A stretch of 64,000 nucleotides of DNA from Dicyema japonicum (lineage: Eukaryota; Animalia; Dicyemida): NCBI GenBank assembly GCA_011109175.1, contig RDEW01000026.1, positions 699,695 to 763,694 of the forward strand, written 5' to 3'. The notes below the pieces were generated by a model, which was given only the letters and a program-made list of their open reading frames with translations, did no database searches and was not told the DNA's origin. A program made the translations under genes and the position numbers. Positions 62,460 to 64,000 of this stretch are shown here, piece by piece. How positions within the stretch are numbered: position 1 is the first letter of the stretch; the number at the start of each line of letters is the position of its first letter.

Positions 62460-62830
62460 CGACTGCAACCAAAGTACACAATAAAATCAAAGTATTATCT
62501 AAGAAGAATGAGATTGTACAAGTTGAAATCACTTCACAAAAAGCACCCAAACATACAGAGGTGAATAAGCTACACAAGTATGACCCACTCGCTGGATAAT
62601 TGAGAATGTTATACGCCTGTGAGAATTATTCCTGTTGTTTTGACATGGGATATATTCAATCGGTGGTGTTAAAGAAAACATTAGAAAGTATTATTGTCGA
62701 GCACAAAAGTCAAGAAACCAATTGAGGAAATCCTTTACGCGACTGGAAGAGTGGGAAACTCATTACACTGGCGAATAGATGAACCCGCAGTCTTGGAGAG
62801 GTAGAAATCAGGTAGATGGCTGGTTAAAAG
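62460..62830 (+). mobile_element. R4-like 3' fragment
   Basis: KLHKYDPLA, IIPVVLTWD, IQSVVLKKTLESI. Confidence 0.6.
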
Positions 62831-63099
62831 AATAAGGATACGCTAGTCTAGTCATAACTCTCATATTGTTAATTCTTAATGAAACTCATATTTTTCTCGA
62901 TATCGTATTCCGAATCAAGTGCAAGAATTTATCATCTAAGAGCTGACACAAAATAGCATCATTTTCTTGATAAAATTTACAATTTGAGTTTATTTCATTA
63001 AAAGTAAGGTTTTATGAAAAGCATTGGAAGACATGTGTTAATAAAATTTTAATTTTTTCCAATCTGTATTAAAAATTGTGGCAAATTTAAAGATTGGTC

Positions 63100-63660
63100 A
63101 ATTTGCGAGGATTCACTCGCGGCTGTTCTTTTATTAACCATGTGGGTAGGATACCCATAATAATAATTTGGTGATTTTATTCCTCCTGTGAGCCGATCCA
63201 ACGGACTATATCTGTGCCAAGGATTCTGACAGCTTAATAGCAAATGTGACGAATAAATGATCTTTCAAAATTGCTTCTGTACTTCCTTCACTTCTGATCC
63301 TCGGCTTGCTTATAAGCATAACCTGAGTCCGAAAATAAATCGACCAAATTCTTTGGAGAGTATGTATCAAAACATGTAGCGTCCCAAACCAGGTTCCGCC
63401 CATTAACGAAAAAGAACGTTATCATCCCGTCAGGGACGTTTTTCATCGTCTACGGTGAGACCAGTCAGCTCCAAATGGAGTGATGGGCAGCAGAGGAAAG
63501 TGCGTTTTAACCTCTCGTTGAGACAGACATGAGTTGGTAAATGGCCCGGTCTCAATCTGTACGATAGTGGATAGTGGCCATAAAGATCGATCAAACGTTT
63601 ACAGCGACATTTTCCGCACACATTATTATCTTAGTCTCTCCACAGCCTACGCCCGATTAC
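63100..63660 (-). mobile_element. CRE-clade CCHC + REL endonuclease fragment
   Basis: CRCKRLIDLYGHYPLS, DDEKRPDG, GRNLVWDATCFDT, AEDQK.RKY. Confidence 0.75.
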
Positions 63661-64000
63661 ACTAATGAATAGGATAAGAAAAATACTTTTCCTTGTTGTG
63701 CTGAATCGTATTTCAGGACTGTAAATGAGTTTTTGAATCCAAATCAAAGTGGATTCAGACCATAGTATAGTATTTATAGCTCCGCATAGGCAGGACACAC
63801 ACTTTAAGTAAAGAACAGTTAATTTTAACTAATCGTAGAACCAAGGAATGATCTTCACTTTTTTTTTCTTGTGTGTGAATCCTTTCTAGACAATCCAGTT
63901 CCGCAGTGAGTATCCACTGAAGACGGCGTCACTCGTCAAACCCTTTTGGCATCATAGATGCGTGGAACCTTCCATTAGGTGAACAGCAGCGAAAATCGAA

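Noticed and set aside
63910-63950. Hammerhead ribozyme (CTGAAGA...)
   Set aside because: Lacks the GAAA core and supporting stems; the same applies to CTGATGA near 37640.
1-64000. Prokaryotic systems (CRISPR, retrons, DGRs, group II introns)
   Set aside because: No repeat-spacer arrays or operons; all RTs carry eukaryotic non-LTR APE or REL signatures and the host genes have spliceosomal introns.

Overview
Eukaryotic (animal) nuclear DNA, not prokaryotic. Compact host genes are split by many ultra-short spliceosomal introns (20-30 nt, GT-AG, one GC-AG), so the ORF track shows only fragments of them or misses them. Genes reconstructed by hand: two JTB-like paralogues, RBM22, LRRC9, PRUNE, an Ig-superfamily membrane protein, site-1 protease (MBTPS1), a divergent beta-catenin lacking the canonical degron and the C-terminal tail, a miniaturised E-protein/daughterless bHLH, DNAL1, and three small orphan genes. 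Motile-cilia genes, metazoan developmental genes and 20-30 nt introns together point to a dicyemid mesozoan or a similarly reduced ciliated animal (inference). Between the gene islands lie dense, nested transposon arrays. These include a compact single-ORF APE-RT LINE family ('LINE-A') ending in a conserved GIT-stop/3' hairpin, with a ~290-bp non-autonomous partner, and RTE-clade LINEs (one near-intact with a 15-bp TSD). R4-like and CRE-like REL-endonuclease retroelements, hAT relics, a Helitron helicase fragment and a tRNA-like SINE are also present. Single-base homopolymer deficits in essential genes and an N-joined 587-bp duplication indicate assembly noise. All family assignments are from recalled motifs; no database search was run.
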